Source: Macrostomum hystrix
Lineage: Eukaryota > Animalia > Platyhelminthes
Length of the DNA: 64,000 nucleotides
Direction of reading: 5' to 3'
Assembly (NCBI GenBank): GCA_950097015.1
Contig: CATNEN010000011.1
Coordinates: forward strand, 2,356,001 to 2,420,000
Shown: in pieces, positions 61,527 through 64,000 of the stretch
Layout: each line of letters starts with the position of its first letter
Position numbering within the stretch: the first letter of the stretch is position 1
Notes under the pieces: model-generated
Told to the model about the DNA's origin: nothing
What the model saw: only the letters and a program-made list of their open reading frames with translations
The model's database searches: none
Translations under genes and position numbers: made by a program

Positions 61527-61840
61527 GCAGAGGTTGTAGCCTAGTGGTTTGGGCGTCGGACTCACCACTTGAAGGTCGGGGTTCGATTCTTGACTCCACT
61601 GGATCAATTTGTGTCCTTTAGCGAGGCACTTAACTCTGCATTGCTTCAGTTCACCCTGCTGTTAAGTGGGTACCAGCATTAGCTGGGATAATTGAAGGTG
61701 GGTGTGGCGTCCCCCCAGTCCGTGGACTGAACAGCTGTACGCAGCCTTCAGATGCGCCGCGCAATAGCTGCGGCTGTGCTGTCGGCTGCACATCTGACCC
61801 AATTGGGGCAGGTGTAATCAATTATAAATTATTATTAATA
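61527..61840 (+). mobile_element. tRNA-derived SINE, full-length reference copy (~310 bp)
   Basis: Pol III A-box TAGCCTAGTGGTT and B-box GGTTCGATTC, central TGTGTCCTTTAGCGAGGCACTTAAC...CACCCTGCTGTTAAGTGGGTACC body, TAT/ATT-rich tail. Confidence 0.82.
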
Positions 61841-61947
61841 TCCTATAATCCTTCGATTTTTATAGCAGTAGAGCAATGTGAATACAGGCTCCTGTTAATT
61901 TTGTCGAATAATTAATTTATGGTACCGAGTCAAATGCTTATGTTATG

Positions 61948-62153
61948 AGCCGGGCTCACAGGGAATGAGATGGCGGACCAGCTTGCAAAGGCTGGCGCAG
62001 CCAGCTCCCTGATGGACCCGATCCCCGATCCCCGTTTCTGTGGTCAACTCCAACATCAACCGCTGGATGGAGACCCAGCACCGGAGGAGGTGGTCTAGCA
62101 CCCTGAACTGTCGCCTCCTCGCTGCGTCCGTCATGGAGGCTCCCTGCCGCTAA
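61948..62153 (+). pseudogene. Non-LTR retrotransposon RNase H C-terminal fragment (frameshifted)
   Basis: Manual translation AGLTGNEMADQLAKAGAASSLMDP (GNExADxLAKxGA motif), then after a frameshift IPVSVVNSNINRWMETQHRRRW. Confidence 0.7.
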
Positions 62154-62404
62154 GTAAGTAAGTCAGGTCAACAATTCACCATCAGAGTCAGTATTAAAGA
62201 AAAAATGATGATGCATGACAGACATGACTGAGATTTTTTTCAATTAGGGAACGATTGTTTTTTGCTTCGAGTTAATAACTCACACTTTTAGCCCCTCACC
62301 TGAGGATCTAAGAATTTCACTGATTTACAAAATCACGCCCACATTATGCTAATGATCCCATCAATAATTTTACTTTAATCTCGCTGAGCAAAGCATTCCA
62401 CAAA

Positions 62405-63455
62405 GCAGAAGAGAACCAATGTCCCCCAGCAGCAGAGAACCAATGTCCCCCAGCAGCAGAGAACCAATGTCCCCCAGCAGCAGAGAACCAATGTCCCCCA
62501 GCAGCAGAGAACCAATGTCCCCCAGCAGCAGAGAACCAATGTCCCCCAGCAGCAGAGAACCAATGTCCTCCCAGCAGCAGAGAACCAATGTCCCCCAGCA
62601 GCAGAGAACCAATGTCCTCCCAGCAGCAGAGAACCAATGTCTCCCAGCACCAGAGAACAATGTCCCCCAGCAGCAGAGAACCAATGTCCTTTCACTCTCC
62701 CAGCAGCAGAGAACCAATGTCCTTCCACTCTCCCAGCAGCAGAGAACCAATGTCCCCCCAGCAGCAGAGAACCAATGTCCCCCAGCAGCAGAGAACCAAT
62801 GTTCCCCAGCAGCAGAGAACCAATGTCCCCCAGCAGCAGAGAACCAATGTCCCCCAGCAGCAGAGAACCAATGTCCCCCAGCACCAGAGAACAATGTCCC
62901 CCAGCAGCAGAGAACCAATGTCCCCCAGCAGCAGAGAACCAATGTCCTTCCACTCTCCCAGCAGCAGAGAACCAATGTCCCCCCAGCAGCAGAGAACCAA
63001 TGTCCCCCAGAAGCAGAGAACCAATGTCCCCCAGCAGCAGAGAACAATGTCCCCCAGCAGCAGAGAACCAATGTCCTTTCACTCTCCCAGCAGCAGAGAA
63101 CCAATGTCCTTCCACTCTCCCAGCAGCAGAGAACCAATGTCCCCCCAGCAGCAGAGAACCAATGTCCCCCCAGCAGCAGAGAACCAATGTCCCCCAGAAG
63201 CAGAGAACCAATGTCCCCCAGCAGCAGAGAACCAATGTCCCCCAGCAGCAGAGAACCAATGTTCCCCAGAAGCAGAGAACCAATGTCCCCCAGCAGCAGA
63301 GAACCAATGTCCCCCAGCAGCAGAGAACCAATGTCCCCCAGCACCAGAGAACCAATGTCCCCCAGCAGCAGAGAACCAATGTCCCCCAGCAGCAGAGAAC
63401 CAATGTCCCCCAGCAGCAGAGAACCAATGTTCCCCAGAAGCAGAGAACCAATGTC
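62405..63455 (+). repeat. 23-bp minisatellite (CCCCAGCAGCAGAGAACCAATGT) with longer variant units
   Basis: Direct periodicity; same family as the 13.5-kb array. Overlapping ORFs on both strands are artefacts. Confidence 0.95.
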
Positions 63456-63471
63456 ATTACACTGTCCCTTT

Positions 63472-63900
63472 TCAGATGGACTGAAGGTGGCTGTTGAGAT
63501 GGACTGAAGGTGGCTGTTAAGATGGACTGAAGGTGGCTGTTCAGTTGGACTGAATGTGGCTGTTGAGATGGACTGAAGGTGGCTGTTAAGATGGACTGAA
63601 GGTGGCTGTTGAGATGGACTGAAGGTGGCTGTTCAGATGGACTGAAGGTGGCTGTTCAGATGGACTGAAGGTGGCTGTTGAGATGACTGAAGGTGGCTGT
63701 TCAGATGGACTGAAGGTGGCTGTTCAGATGGACTGAAGGTGGCTGTTTAGATGGACTGAAGGTGGCTGTTTAGATGGACTGAAGGTGGCTGTTCAGATGG
63801 ATTGAAGGTGGCTGTTTAGATGGACTGAAGGTGGCTGTTTAGATGGACTGAAGGTGTCTGTTCAGATGGACTGAAGGTGGCTGTTCAGATGGATTGAATG
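63472..63900 (+). repeat. 23-bp minisatellite (GATGGACTGAAGGTGGCTGTTNA), ~18 copies
   Basis: Direct periodicity; begins ~20 bp after the preceding array. Confidence 0.94.
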
Positions 63901-64000
63901 TTGCATTCGTTTTCTGATCGTATAGGTCATATTTGCAGTTCTGATTTTATTTCATATGTTTTACTACTTGAATAAAAGTTAGCTAATTGTGATACTGATT

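Noticed and set aside
61527-61610. Functional tRNA genes at SINE heads (also 13051, 44405, 54196)
   Set aside because: A/B boxes are present but there is no clean cloverleaf, and each continues into a shared non-tRNA body, so they are SINEs.
62344-63507. Multiple 100-360-aa ORFs on both strands (also 13511-14953, 15891-16349, 48580-48870, 49550-50169)
   Set aside because: All are translations of minisatellites.
63472-63900. Second SINE-derived minisatellite (shares TGGACTGAA and CCTTCAG words with the SINE body)
   Set aside because: Similarity is limited to 7-9-bp words and the array is not contiguous with a SINE.

Overview
Repeat-rich animal (invertebrate) genomic DNA with AT-rich intergenic regions, GC-rich exons and GT-AG introns. 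Exons were placed by hand from splice sites and reading-frame continuity. Five host genes: a head-to-head pair of secreted PAN/Apple + Thr-rich mucin + ALK/LTK-type glycine-rich-domain paralogs (17.9-24.3 kb), ALDH7A1 (6 exons), an Aurora kinase (3 exons) and a divergent G-alpha-s (3 exons, minus strand). The centre holds a 16.7-kb Foldback/NOF-type Mutator-like transposon. Its ~5-kb inverted arms are mostly a 170-bp satellite, and it has an intact 1582-aa ORF (DDE transposase + Ulp1-like protease + PHD finger). Also present: a 9.5-kb 25-bp satellite (its 3000-aa ORFs are judged artefacts), several copies of a tRNA-derived SINE, a MITE, two retroelement remnants and many minisatellites. Top leads: (1) a 66-bp x ~20 array just upstream of Aurora in which most units carry a TCF/LEF HMG site directly abutting a C-clamp Helper site; (2) the satellite-armed transposon; (3) the secreted PAN-mucin-GRD pair sharing a 290-bp block at 98% identity. 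The organism cannot be identified from sequence alone; a flatworm such as Macrostomum is only a guess from codon style, polyQ and repeat-filled introns.
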